From contig JAZSQL010000003.1 in assembly GCA_045537965.1 (NCBI GenBank), positions 3,056 to 67,055 of the forward strand: a stretch of 64,000 nucleotides of DNA, in the 5' to 3' direction. The first letter of the stretch is position 1; the number at the start of each line of letters is the position of its first letter. Source of the DNA: Alphaproteobacteria bacterium. GTDB taxonomy: Bacteria; Pseudomonadota; Alphaproteobacteria; RF32; CAG-239. Below are positions 1 to 10,024 of this stretch, in pieces. Below the pieces are notes generated by a model. It was not told the origin of the DNA and did not search any database. It saw only the letters and a list, made by a program, of their open reading frames with translations. A program made the position numbers and the translations under genes.

Positions 1-173
1 CAAATGAGCTTTTGTTAAAAACTCGTATGGAAGCAGGTAAAAAGGTTATGGATACTTTTATTAACATCGCAAAAAATACCAACAAATCTTTTGCTACATC
101 ATACGGAGCCCGCGGAAATTATACACCGCTTGACAATAACCGTAACGCCTTGGCGTTTAATCGTACATTGTAA
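1..173 (+). CDS. 3' end of an unidentified ORF entering from upstream (ends ...NRNALAFNRTL*)
   Basis: Frame is open from the window edge to TAA at 171-173. It lies directly upstream of flgK so may be flagellar, but no motif was recognised. Confidence 0.3.
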   Translation, partial: NELLLKTRMEAGKKVMDTFINIAKNTNKSFATSYGARGNYTPLDNNRNALAFNRTL

Positions 174-184
174 GGAGAAGTGTT

Positions 185-2377
185 ATGGCTTTAATCAGTA
201 GTTTAGCAAGTTCCTTAACTGGTATGAAAGTAGCTCAGGCTCAACTAGAAATCGTTAGCAACAATATTGCTAATGTCGATACCAAGGGATACACACGCAA
301 AACAGCGGCTCAGTCAGCACTGGTTGCTTCTGGTCATACTATGGGAGTAACTATAGGTAATACCCAACGCACTGTAGATGAAGGTTTGCTCAAAAATTTT
401 CTTACCTCTAATTCTTTATCTAACTCTCTATCATCTCAGCGTGATTATATGAGCCGTTTGGATAATCTTATGGGATCAACCGAAGGGCAAAACTCTTTAG
501 CTGCCAATGTTGGTAATTTGCAAAGTGCTTTTGAAACATTTTCTACTAGTGTTTCGTCCCCTGCTTCTCGTTATCAGTTGTTGACTGACGCCCAAGCTCT
601 AACCAATAAACTAAATTATCTGTCCACAAATATTCAAACTTTGCGTGGCGATGCAGATATGGAAATTAATGGTGCAATTAATCAGGTCAACTCTCTTTTG
701 GAAAGCATTGATGAACTAAATACTGAGATTGTTAAGTATACTGTAATGAACCGTGAAGGTGTAGCTAACTTGCAAGATCAACGTGATAATGCCTTGCGTG
801 AACTAAGTTCATATATGGATATAACTTATTATACACGAGATACTGGTGCTGTAGTTATCCAAACAACTTCTGGAGCAATGCTTCTTGATAATGAAGTTCA
901 TCCTTTATCACACACTGCACTAGCACAAGTAGGACCAGATAATACCTACGATAGTGGTAATATTCAGGGCATTTATGCTGACGGAGTTGATATAACAGCT
1001 AAAATTACAGGCGGTTCGATTGGTGGTTTAATAGAAATACGCGACAATACTTTACCGTCTTTACAAAGCCAACTTGATGAACTGACCAAAGTTTTATATG
1101 ATGAAATAAATTCTATTCATAACCAAGGTACTGCATATCCTAATATGCCATCTACCTTAACTGGTAGTGCAACATTTATTGCTGAAAAAGATGCAGCAGG
1201 TAATGATATATATTCTCAAAGACTTCGTATTGATAGCGGTGATGTAAGATTTGTTATTTTTGATACTGATGGTAAACAAGTTGACACAACAACTTTGGTT
1301 GGGGGTCTCAAATTTGGCGAACCTAATAATACTCTAAATGATATGATGTCGATTATGCAAGATTGGTTACAGAATACTGTAGGCTTGCCAGAAGCTAGTG
1401 TTGCAATGAATGGAAACGGTAATTTGGTAATTGATACTGGCGATAGTAATTACACAATTTCTATCATTGATGAGGTGTCATCTAATGCAGGTTCTGCTCA
1501 AGAACCTATTAATTTAAGCTTTAGTGTTAATGGTGACAATATTTATGATACTACAGCTAAAGGGTTTTCAGACTTTTTTGGCTTAAATGACTTTTTTACA
1601 ACTAACAATGTTGATTACATCTATGATTCTAAAGTATTAAGCAATAAAGTAGCTGTGGGTAACAATACTGTGACTACTTGGAGTTTTTCAGATTCTAAAA
1701 ATGGTTTTGATTATGGCGAAATCAATATTACCAAGTCTATGACAATTCAAGATATCGCAAACCAAATTAATGAAAATCCTGAACTTAACACCCATTTAAA
1801 AGCTTCATTAATAGCTAATGGCGATGGTTATATGTTGCGTATTGAAAGTCTTGAAGGAGCTCAACTTGAGATTGCCGAAACAGCAGGAACGGGTATTTTA
1901 GCAAAACTTGAAATAGCTCCATCAAATTGCGGATATTCAGCAGCTATTCAAGTCCGTCAAGATATTGCCGAAAATGCTAATCGCATTGCCTGTGGTTCGC
2001 CAGATTTTGACAGTTCTAAGGCCACATATACAATAAATGCGGCAACCAACAATATTGCTAATAAACTAGCTTCCGCCTTCACAGATAGTTTGGTGTTTAA
2101 ACAATCTGGAGATATGGCTAAAACTACTACAACAATAGCTAATTACACATCAACCTTTGTTGGTAATGTTGCTAGCATAACAAATACAGCAGAATCTTCA
2201 TATGAATATCAAAGTGCTTTGACCGAAGCAATTTCTTACAAAGAAGCTCAGGTATCTGGTATTGATATTGATGAAGAACTCTCACAAATGATTATTTATC
2301 AGCAATCTTATGCTGCTTGTGCTCAAGTATTTACAGCATCAAGAGAAATATTAGATATTTTACTTGGTTTAGTATAG
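185..2377 (+). CDS. flgK: Flagellar hook-associated protein 1 (FlgK)
   Basis: N-terminus MALISSL..GMKVAQAQLEIVSNNIANVDTKGYTRK and C-terminus DEELSQMIIYQQSYAACAQV are the conserved FlgK rod/hook-family termini. GGAG lies upstream of the ATG. Confidence 0.9.
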   Translation: MALISSLASSLTGMKVAQAQLEIVSNNIANVDTKGYTRKTAAQSALVASGHTMGVTIGNTQRTVDEGLLKNFLTSNSLSNSLSSQRDYMSRLDNLMGSTEGQNSLAANVGNLQSAFETFSTSVSSPASRYQLLTDAQALTNKLNYLSTNIQTLRGDADMEINGAINQVNSLLESIDELNTEIVKYTVMNREGVANLQDQRDNALRELSSYMDITYYTRDTGAVVIQTTSGAMLLDNEVHPLSHTALAQVGPDNTYDSGNIQGIYADGVDITAKITGGSIGGLIEIRDNTLPSLQSQLDELTKVLYDEINSIHNQGTAYPNMPSTLTGSATFIAEKDAAGNDIYSQRLRIDSGDVRFVIFDTDGKQVDTTTLVGGLKFGEPNNTLNDMMSIMQDWLQNTVGLPEASVAMNGNGNLVIDTGDSNYTISIIDEVSSNAGSAQEPINLSFSVNGDNIYDTTAKGFSDFFGLNDFFTTNNVDYIYDSKVLSNKVAVGNNTVTTWSFSDSKNGFDYGEINITKSMTIQDIANQINENPELNTHLKASLIANGDGYMLRIESLEGAQLEIAETAGTGILAKLEIAPSNCGYSAAIQVRQDIAENANRIACGSPDFDSSKATYTINAATNNIANKLASAFTDSLVFKQSGDMAKTTTTIANYTSTFVGNVASITNTAESSYEYQSALTEAISYKEAQVSGIDIDEELSQMIIYQQSYAACAQVFTASREILDILLGLV

Positions 2378-2387
2378 GAGAAGTAAT

Positions 2388-4022
2388 ATGGTACGTGTTC
2401 CTACTTATGCAAACTATAATCGTTTATTAAATCAATCTATGAAAACAAAGTCTATGATTGATTTATACAGCTATCAGGCTACTACAGGTATAAAGTATTC
2501 TAACTATGCGGGATATGGCATGAGCGCATCAAATATTGTTAATATGGAAGCGTCTTTGTCTGTTACGCAAACATTTTTAGATAATAACGTTGTTTTGAAT
2601 ACTTCTGTAACTGCTATGTCAACAGTTATGGAAAGCATTGAAAATTCGGTAACTTCATTTAAAAGTCAATTAAATAATTCTTTATCAGCTTTATCTGATT
2701 TGAAAAATGGTGATAAAGTAAGTCAAGAAGTTTCTGCATCGATTTCTGAACTGCAAATGGTTGCTTTTTCAGCAATGTCTTTGCTGTCAGATGCTCTTAA
2801 TACTTCAATGGGTGGAAAATATATTTTTGGAGCAGGTTCATCTTCTGCACCAACCGAATTTCCTTTTCAAACTCTTGATGAATTTCAAGCATATTATGAT
2901 GGTATCAACATAAATTATCCAACATCTTCAAATGCTAATTTATCCAGTCGAGATGTGAACTGGGAAACATCTGGTAATTTAACAATAAACAAAGATACAT
3001 CTGCAGATGCACCAGAAAATCAATTTGTATTATCTTCAACTAAAGGATTTACATCTACGGCTGTTATTGGTGGTGAAAATACAACTGGAACACTCTCTTT
3101 TTCTCAATTAGATAACACCTTAAAATCAACAGTTAGAGGGGCTTTTAATGCTATAGGTGCAGGTGATACTTTAATATTTACAGATAGTGATGGTGTTACG
3201 CAATCTTATATTGTTGATAAAGTGTCTGAAGACGGCAAAACCATAACTTTTGCCGAAAGTACTCCTGTTACTGCAGATGCCGAATATCCTGATGGATATA
3301 ATACAGGAAGCGCAAATCCTGTAACAATAGGAACATCTTTTGCTGTTGGATCTGTAGTAAATTTTGCTGGATATGGCGAAAACAGTAACAACGTTGCTCC
3401 AACTATGCAAATTGTAGGAATTAATCAAGACGGAAGCCTTGTTGTTAGTGCTGATGAAAGCTATTTTGATACAGATAACCTGCCAATAACTATTGATGCT
3501 AATGAAAGATGGAGTATCGATTCTGAAAGTTATTATGTGGGAGGATCTGCAACAGAAACATATCGTATTTCAGATAATCAAAGTATTACTTTGGATATCA
3601 GTGCTAACGATAGCGTTTTTGATAAACTTTTCCGTGCCTTTGGTATGATAGCTCAAGGAAACTTAATAAAAACCGATGAAAATGGCATTATTACCAATGC
3701 TGAAGAGGTTGATTCTCTTGTTAATGAAGCAATGAATTATCTTCAATCTGCAATAGATAACAACGGAAAAGCAACAAACGGTAAAAATGAAACTTTATCA
3801 TTAGTAATTGCTAAAATTTCTGCCAATTATGTAACCTTAGATAATGTTCAAAAAACTTTAGAGTCAGTTCAAGGTAATCTTGAAGATAGTGTTGATTCTG
3901 TTAAGAATGTTGATAAGACAGAGGCTACTGTAAAGTTGCTTGAAGCTCAAAATTCACTTGAAGCTTCATATCAAGTATTAAGTAATGTACTAAACTTGTC
4001 TTTATTAAATTATATGGATTAA
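2388..4022 (+). CDS. flgL: Flagellar hook-associated protein 3 (FlgL, flagellin-family), unusually long
   Basis: Starts 10 nt after flgK. The N-terminus (VPTYANYNRLLNQSM..) and C-terminal coiled region (TEATVKLLEAQNSLEASYQVLSNV) are flagellin/FlgL-like. AGGAG SD is present. Confidence 0.8.
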   Translation: MVRVPTYANYNRLLNQSMKTKSMIDLYSYQATTGIKYSNYAGYGMSASNIVNMEASLSVTQTFLDNNVVLNTSVTAMSTVMESIENSVTSFKSQLNNSLSALSDLKNGDKVSQEVSASISELQMVAFSAMSLLSDALNTSMGGKYIFGAGSSSAPTEFPFQTLDEFQAYYDGININYPTSSNANLSSRDVNWETSGNLTINKDTSADAPENQFVLSSTKGFTSTAVIGGENTTGTLSFSQLDNTLKSTVRGAFNAIGAGDTLIFTDSDGVTQSYIVDKVSEDGKTITFAESTPVTADAEYPDGYNTGSANPVTIGTSFAVGSVVNFAGYGENSNNVAPTMQIVGINQDGSLVVSADESYFDTDNLPITIDANERWSIDSESYYVGGSATETYRISDNQSITLDISANDSVFDKLFRAFGMIAQGNLIKTDENGIITNAEEVDSLVNEAMNYLQSAIDNNGKATNGKNETLSLVIAKISANYVTLDNVQKTLESVQGNLEDSVDSVKNVDKTEATVKLLEAQNSLEASYQVLSNVLNLSLLNYMD

Positions 4023-4037
4023 GGCAAACGATAAAAA

Positions 4038-5678
4038 ATGCGATATGGTGAATTTAAAATAAATCGAGCAGTTGGTGTAATTTTGTGTTCAGATTTGCAA
4101 TTGGGTGAAAAATTCTATCCCAAAGGCCACACCATAAATGCAGAAGATATTATTATTTTTAAAATGTTCAATTTATCATCTATTGTTGGAGCTATTTTTG
4201 AAGAAGGTGATGTTGACTATAAAATAGCGCTAAAACAAGTTGCAGCACAAATAAGTGGCAGAGGCATAGGTTATTTAATCGAAAAAAATGGAATATGCAG
4301 TATTATTGCCGCTCAAGATGGTGTTTTTGTTGCCGAAGACAATCGTATTGATAAGTTTAACCACTTTAACGAACACATAATTTTAAACACAATACCTCCT
4401 TATAGTGTTATAAAAAGAGGCGATTTAATTGCCGAACTTGATATTTCTGTTCCACTAGTAAACGAAACAGAAATAGATGATATAATTTTTCGTCTTTCTG
4501 GTAATTCGCACTTATTAAAAGTAGAAAATATCAAAGAAAAAAAATCTGTATTACTATATCCTCATCTACTTAATGATGAGGCTGAAAATCGTCATTTTAC
4601 CTCTATAGTTATGAAACTTATTACTAATTTAGATGGCTTGGGTGTAAGTTTTACTAAAGAAATAAGTACTAGTTATAAGCAAGATAATCTGGAAGATTCA
4701 TTATTTGATGCATTTTCTTATGGTGCAGACATAATCTTTGTTTTGAGCCCTGTTAAAACATCTGGGCGAGGAGATATTATTGCTAAAGCTTTGTCCAAAA
4801 GTGTTGATGATATTGTTAATTATTCAATGCCTCAAGTAAATGCTTCAGACCTTTTAATTGCTCAAAAGGGAAATTGTAAGATTGTTGTTTTACCCTATTC
4901 TTATGATATAGTTGATACCACACTTATTGATAATCTTATTAAAACAGCAATTTTTACTGAATATTTGAATGTTGCTTTATTTAATCACAAACACTCAAAA
5001 CAACTATTTTCAAATACTAATTTTGATGAAACTACTCAAAATAAAATGATAATGCCATCTAAAAAAGCACTTTCATCTCAAAAAGCATCTATTGGTATTG
5101 TTGTTTTAGCTGCAGGACAAGGACGAAGATCTGGCTCTAGTAAGTTATTGGTTGAAGATGAAACAGGAAGCCCTTTGTTTATGTATGCTGTAAATGCAGC
5201 TATAGCTTCTGATGCTAAACCAGTTTTTGTTGTTATTGGTCATTGCAACGAAGAAATGGAAGAATATTTAGAAAAATTAGATGTTAATGTTTTATATAAT
5301 CCATCATTTGCATCTGGTATTAAAACATCTATCAATCTAGGCTTAAAATCTATTCCATCATCTTGTGATGGAGCTATTTTATTACCAGCTGATATGCCAA
5401 ATATCACAGCATCGGATATCAATAAGCTCATTAATAAATTTGATAAGAACCAAGAAAAACAAGTGTGTTTACTTGCTAATAAAGGAATAAAGAGTAACCC
5501 AATTCTTTGGAGCCGTTCACTTTATGATAGAGCAGATATTGTTCCCGAAAACTCACACTTACGAGCTGTTTTTGTTGAACATGCTGACTATACCAATATT
5601 GTTGAAATAAGGGACAAGAAAAAACTCCTTGATATCAATTTTCCTAATGACATCAAAGAATTTTCTAAACATCAATAA
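4038..5678 (+). CDS. Fusion protein: molybdopterin-binding-like N-terminal domain plus MobA/MocA-like nucleotidyltransferase C-terminal domain
   Basis: The C-terminal part has GIVVLAAGQGRRSGSSKLL and ...LPADMP, typical of the NTP_transf_3 (MobA-like) fold. The N-terminal ~330 aa resemble MoeA/CinA-type domains fused this way in alphaproteobacteria. Confidence 0.6.
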   Translation: MRYGEFKINRAVGVILCSDLQLGEKFYPKGHTINAEDIIIFKMFNLSSIVGAIFEEGDVDYKIALKQVAAQISGRGIGYLIEKNGICSIIAAQDGVFVAEDNRIDKFNHFNEHIILNTIPPYSVIKRGDLIAELDISVPLVNETEIDDIIFRLSGNSHLLKVENIKEKKSVLLYPHLLNDEAENRHFTSIVMKLITNLDGLGVSFTKEISTSYKQDNLEDSLFDAFSYGADIIFVLSPVKTSGRGDIIAKALSKSVDDIVNYSMPQVNASDLLIAQKGNCKIVVLPYSYDIVDTTLIDNLIKTAIFTEYLNVALFNHKHSKQLFSNTNFDETTQNKMIMPSKKALSSQKASIGIVVLAAGQGRRSGSSKLLVEDETGSPLFMYAVNAAIASDAKPVFVVIGHCNEEMEEYLEKLDVNVLYNPSFASGIKTSINLGLKSIPSSCDGAILLPADMPNITASDINKLINKFDKNQEKQVCLLANKGIKSNPILWSRSLYDRADIVPENSHLRAVFVEHADYTNIVEIRDKKKLLDINFPNDIKEFSKHQ

Positions 5679-5697
5679 AATATATTTAATTAAACTC

Positions 5698-6540
5698 TTA
5701 AACCTTTATTACTGTTTTATATGACCACAGCGGAAGTTTACCAAACAAATAGGTAGTAGTTCGATTGCCCAAAGTAACCGTTTTTAATAAAGGTAAAATC
5801 CCAAACAAATAAAACCTCGTAGTATGTTTAGCCTTTAATAAAAACTCATTATACATTACAGGATTGGATTCTTTTACAAACGACCAAATAGCAAATGTGG
5901 CTTGTTCCATTTTTTTAGATTGTTTATGTGTTGTATTATCACCATGATTGCGATAGTAAAACAATACTTCAGCTATATTATGAAACTTTGTATAGGGAAT
6001 AAGCCTACACCACAAAGCATAGTCTTCCGCTGGTGAAAAAACTTCTTCATAGCAAATTCTATTATCAAGTAAAACTTTTTTGCGTATCATTGAAGCTGGA
6101 TGTGTTAAAACACACTGACGCATAAGAGCTCTTTTAATTTCAGTATCTTCAATTGGTGTTTTGGAAATACGTTTACCAATTTTAACCCAACTAGATACAA
6201 CACCTACATCTTTATTTTCATCAAGATACGCTACTTGTTTTTCAAATCGTTGTGGCAAGGATATATCGTCATGATCAAAAACAGCCAAATATTCACCTTT
6301 AGCCATGTCAATCAATTTATTACGACTTGGAGTAATACCTAAATTTTTATCATTTTTAACATATTTTATTCTTTTATCTTTATAAGATTTTACTATTGTT
6401 TCTCTTGTATCTTCTGGACAATCATCTAATATCAAAAATTCAAAATCCGTAAATGTTTGATTTAATATGCTTTCTATTGCTTGACGCAAATATTTTTCTT
6501 TTGTCTTATAGACAGGCATCAATACTGATACTTTGGGCAT
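5698..6540 (-). CDS. Glycosyltransferase family 2
   Basis: VSVLMPVYKTKEKYLRQAIESILNQTFTDFEFLILDDCPED and DHDDIS motifs. The start was moved to the internal ATG (MPKVSV) preceded by AAGGATGG; the track ORF extends to 6588. Confidence 0.85.
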   Translation of the reverse strand: MPKVSVLMPVYKTKEKYLRQAIESILNQTFTDFEFLILDDCPEDTRETIVKSYKDKRIKYVKNDKNLGITPSRNKLIDMAKGEYLAVFDHDDISLPQRFEKQVAYLDENKDVGVVSSWVKIGKRISKTPIEDTEIKRALMRQCVLTHPASMIRKKVLLDNRICYEEVFSPAEDYALWCRLIPYTKFHNIAEVLFYYRNHGDNTTHKQSKKMEQATFAIWSFVKESNPVMYNEFLLKAKHTTRFYLFGILPLLKTVTLGNRTTTYLFGKLPLWSYKTVIKV

Positions 6541-6617
6541 TAGACCATCCTTCTGTGTTTTTAGTTGCACCCTTAGGATAACAAACACAATACAAGAGTC
6601 AATATTAATTATAAAAA

Positions 6618-7058
6618 TTAGCGAACATAACTATTATGCTCATAAAACTTAGCTCTTCCTTCATTGGCAGCCAGATCAGCGAAACGATTGCCAATAGAAT
6701 GAGTTTGAAAAACACGTTGATGAGCCTTTATTTTTTCTAGCTGAATACCACGACGTCTAATTTGGTATGCCCAATATTCACAGTATTTATGACGAATAAA
6801 CTGTTCGTTGGTTCTAGGTTTATCCTTAACTCCACGTTTAATATAGTCAATTGCAACCTGACTATCAGTATATATAGTTCCATTACCAGAAGTTAAGATA
6901 CTGGCCAAATGTATAGCAAAAAGCTCGGCCTCATTATTTGACCGAGCTTGTGTCCATGTTGAGAATAATTTTCTTTTACTGCCATTCTCAATAATTATAC
7001 CAATACCTGCAATTCCCCTTTTATCATCAAATGAGCTGTCACAATATGCTTTTATCAT
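6618..7058 (-). CDS. RNase H type-1 domain protein (divergent RNase HI-like)
   Basis: Candidate catalytic residues are spaced as in RNase H: CDSS, NNEAELFA, YTDSQVA and NRFADLAANEG. Confidence 0.65.
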   Translation of the reverse strand: MIKAYCDSSFDDKRGIAGIGIIIENGSKRKLFSTWTQARSNNEAELFAIHLASILTSGNGTIYTDSQVAIDYIKRGVKDKPRTNEQFIRHKYCEYWAYQIRRRGIQLEKIKAHQRVFQTHSIGNRFADLAANEGRAKFYEHNSYVR

Positions 7059-7162
7059 CGTATCACCTCACTATTATCACACATTTGAGATATAGTAATT
7101 AAAAAGGAGCATTCTATATAGTTTTAACCATATTTATATATTGCTAAATAAAATGGATATAC

Positions 7163-7195
7163 AAAAAAACTCCGTTTAAATGTGTTTAAACGGAG
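7163..7195 (-). terminator. Rho-independent terminator after the DegT-family gene
   Basis: 11-bp stem CTCCGTTTAAA / TTTAAACGGAG (7170-7180 / 7185-7195) followed on the minus strand by a T-run (A-run 7163-7169 on the plus strand). Confidence 0.7.
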
Positions 7196-7227
7196 TTGCG
7201 CCCTTATTTAAATTTGACTGATACTAT

Positions 7228-8388
7228 TTAGGCAGCTTTAGACTTCTTTTGAGAAGCAAATTCGTTCATACAGCCAATAACATAGTCTAGCTGTTCTTTA
7301 TCCAAATATGGAGTCATTGGAATACTAAGAACTGTTTTTGAAAGTTTTTCACAAACAGGCATTGGACGAGTATTCCATTTTGCATAAGCTGTTTGAGTAT
7401 TTACAGGACGTGGATAATATGCACCACAAGGAATACCTTTTTCTTTCAAATAAGCCATTAATTCATCACGATCTTCACAATGAATTGTGTAAAGAGCATA
7501 AGCAGATTTACAATTTGGCAAAATATGTTGTTTACCAAAGTAGTTATCAAGTTCTGCATCATAACGAGCAGCAACTTCTGCACGAGCTTTTAATTCTGCA
7601 TCAAATACTGTCAATTTTTGCAATAATACTGCAGCCTGGAAAGTATTCATACGTCCAGTCATACCAAGACGAATATTATCATAATGATCTGTTGCGCTCA
7701 TACCATGAACACGACAAGATTTCAAAAGCTCATTTTCTTCTTCGGAATTAGTAAAAGTAGCACCACCATCGCCATAACCACCAAGAGGTTTGGTTGGATA
7801 GAACGAAGTTGCAGTCATATCTGCAATTGATCCTGCTTTTTTACCTTTATAAACAGAACCATAAGATTGGCAAGAATCTGACAAAACCTTGAGATTATTT
7901 TTTGCTGCGATAGACATAATTGCATCATAATCACAAGGAGAACCAAAAATATCAACAGGGATGATAACTTTTGGTGTAAGTTTTCCTTCTTTTTTAACTT
8001 CAGCAATAGCGCGTTCCAAATCATTTATATCCATATTGAAAGTATTTGGATCAGAATCAACAAAAATAGGAGTAGCCCCAACAATAGCAACACATTCAGC
8101 TGATGCAACAAAAGTGAACGATGAAACAAACACAGCATCACCAGCGCCAACACCCCATGCCATCAATGCAAGAGTAAGAGCATCTGTACCAGAACCACAA
8201 GTAGCACAAAATTTTGTACCCGAATAATTTGCCAAAGCTGTATCAAGTTCTCTAGTTTCTGGACCTTGGCAATAGCCTCCATGATCTAAAATTGTTTTGA
8301 ATGCATCTAAAAACTTCTGCTGTCCAATAACTTGTTGAGTAGTTTTGCAGTCAAATAGAGGTATTGCTTTTTCTGGTTTATTTAACAT
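7228..8388 (-). CDS. DegT/DnrJ/EryC1/StrS-family sugar aminotransferase (PLP-dependent)
   Basis: Family-typical blocks GPETRELDTALANYSGTKFCATCGSGTDALTLAL and SFYPTKPLGGYGDGG (PLP lysine context). Confidence 0.85.
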   Translation of the reverse strand: MLNKPEKAIPLFDCKTTQQVIGQQKFLDAFKTILDHGGYCQGPETRELDTALANYSGTKFCATCGSGTDALTLALMAWGVGAGDAVFVSSFTFVASAECVAIVGATPIFVDSDPNTFNMDINDLERAIAEVKKEGKLTPKVIIPVDIFGSPCDYDAIMSIAAKNNLKVLSDSCQSYGSVYKGKKAGSIADMTATSFYPTKPLGGYGDGGATFTNSEEENELLKSCRVHGMSATDHYDNIRLGMTGRMNTFQAAVLLQKLTVFDAELKARAEVAARYDAELDNYFGKQHILPNCKSAYALYTIHCEDRDELMAYLKEKGIPCGAYYPRPVNTQTAYAKWNTRPMPVCEKLSKTVLSIPMTPYLDKEQLDYVIGCMNEFASQKKSKAA

Positions 8389-8591
8389 TATATTCTTCCT
8401 TTAATATCTAGTAGTTACACGTTTTCTGGCAAGGATATTAAAAAAAAAATACTTAGTTAGCAAAACACAAAATCTTTCATATTTGTAACAAATAGCTAAT
8501 CTTATGCAACATACAACAGATTATCTTGATTTTCTCAAACAAAAATGGTATATACACTGTTAGTTATTTTTTATATGTTAGGAGAAAAATT

Positions 8592-9350
8592 GTGAATAAC
8601 TTAAAGAAACTAGCTGTTATTTCAACTTTACTACTTGTTTCTGCTTGTGCTACCAATATTCACCGCAACGAAGAACAAGCGGACCCTTTTGAAAATTTTA
8701 ATCGTAAAGTTTTTTCTTTTAACGATGCTGTTTATGAGAATGTTTTTTTTCCTGTTGCTCGCGGGTATCGAGCTGTAACCACTCCTTTTATTCGTGAAAG
8801 AGTTAATAGTTTTGTCGCTAATCTAGATGAACCTATTTCAGCTGCCAACCATTTGTTGCAGTTAGAATTTACAGCTGCAGTTAAAAACTTAACTCGTGTT
8901 GTTCTCAACACAACCTTAGGACTTGCTGGTACTTTTGATGTTGCACAAGGGTGGGGGCTTGAACCTGACAAGGCTACATTTAACCAAACAATGGCTAGTT
9001 GGTGTGTAGCAGACGGTCCATATCTGGTCGTTCCATTTATTGGTGGCAATACAACTCGTGGTATCGTTGGTACAGCTGTAGATGCAGCTGCCGATCCTGT
9101 TTATTGGATGACTTATAATGACGCAAATTATCATGATAAAATTGCCTATCCATATGCCGCTTTGAAATATACCGCGAAAGCCGAAAATTATATGGATTTA
9201 TACAACGATTTTAAGAAAAATTCAGTTGACTTCTATGCAACAATGCGTTCTGCTTATTTGCAAAATCAACGCAAATTAAAGTGTCGCTTTGCTCCAGAAG
9301 AACAAACAGAGTCATATGATTTTGACTTTGATGAAGATTGGGAAGAATAA
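8592..9350 (+). CDS. mlaA: MlaA/VacJ-family outer-membrane lipoprotein
   Basis: GTG start 7 nt after GGAG. Lipobox LLVSAC. VacJ block FSFNDAVYENVFFPVARGYRAVTTPFIRERVNSFVANLDEP. The track ORF starts further upstream at 8526. Confidence 0.85.
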   Translation: MNNLKKLAVISTLLLVSACATNIHRNEEQADPFENFNRKVFSFNDAVYENVFFPVARGYRAVTTPFIRERVNSFVANLDEPISAANHLLQLEFTAAVKNLTRVVLNTTLGLAGTFDVAQGWGLEPDKATFNQTMASWCVADGPYLVVPFIGGNTTRGIVGTAVDAAADPVYWMTYNDANYHDKIAYPYAALKYTAKAENYMDLYNDFKKNSVDFYATMRSAYLQNQRKLKCRFAPEEQTESYDFDFDEDWEE

Positions 9351-9379
9351 TTTTTTAACTAAAAACGAGGAAGTTACCG

Positions 9380-9994
9380 ATGAAAAAAAATATCTTTACT
9401 TTGATTTTAGCTGTTTGTATGGGCTTTGTTTCAACAGCAAATGCAGAGGTTGATGCAACAAAAGCAGAAGATTTTATTAAAACAACAACAGCTAAAGGTG
9501 TTGAACAAATTATCAATGCAAATGTCAGCCAACAAGAAAAAGATAAACGTTTTTATGATTTATTGAATGGTGCTTTGGATATGGACTTTATTGGACAGTT
9601 CGTATTAGGACGCAATTGGAGAACAGCTACAGCACAACAACGTAAAGATTTTATCAATGTTTATCGTGATTTAAATATTGCTACATGGTCAAAAAGATTC
9701 AACGAATTCAAAGGCAAAAATTTTGTATTCAAGGGTACTTCGCCTTCAAGTTCTAAAGGACAAGTTTTTGTTAACACCATTGTTCCTATGGACCAAGGTG
9801 AACCAGCAAAAGTATTGTGGCGTGTAAGAGAAAAAAATGGTAATTACAAAATCGTTGATATTGTTATTGAAGGTGTAAGTTTGGCTCAAGCTTCTCGTAG
9901 CGAATATACAGCTTTCATCAAGAACAATGCAGGCGGAATAGATGCTTTAATTAAAAATTTGAACGAGAAATTGGCTCAACAAAAAACAAAATAA
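9380..9994 (+). CDS. mlaC: MlaC/Ttg2D-family periplasmic phospholipid-binding protein
   Basis: Signal peptide, then MDFIGQFVLGRNWRTATAQQRKDFINVYRDL, typical of the toluene-tolerance Ttg2D family. Adjacent to mlaA. Confidence 0.75.
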   Translation: MKKNIFTLILAVCMGFVSTANAEVDATKAEDFIKTTTAKGVEQIINANVSQQEKDKRFYDLLNGALDMDFIGQFVLGRNWRTATAQQRKDFINVYRDLNIATWSKRFNEFKGKNFVFKGTSPSSSKGQVFVNTIVPMDQGEPAKVLWRVREKNGNYKIVDIVIEGVSLAQASRSEYTAFIKNNAGGIDALIKNLNEKLAQQKTK

Positions 9995-10024
9995 TCTTCT
10001 TAAATCAACAAGAGGACTTTAAAA

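Noticed and set aside
3171-3428. Minus-strand ORFs 3171-3428 and 3206-3391 inside flgL
   Set aside because: They are antisense to a well-supported gene, with no SD and no recognisable motifs. The same reasoning applies to other nested antisense ORFs in the track. These include 5240-5431, 8732-9134, 12940-13522, 13678-13866, 19036-19266, 19719-19901, 20033-20684, 21052-21348 and 22949-23286. Also covered are 24790-25014, 25963-26172, 26651-26893, 28509-28745, 31767-31982, 32422-32700, 34120-34329, 35779-35970 and 39208-39868. The remainder are 40277-40468, 42691-42909, 43051-43380, 46199-46405, 49449-49881, 56336-56719, 58338-59001, 60294-60797 and 62305-62618.
7338-8227. Three plus/minus-frame ORFs (7338-7751, 7815-8024, 7961-8227) inside the DegT aminotransferase gene
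   Set aside because: They are fully nested in or antisense to a gene with strong family motifs, and their translations are low-complexity.
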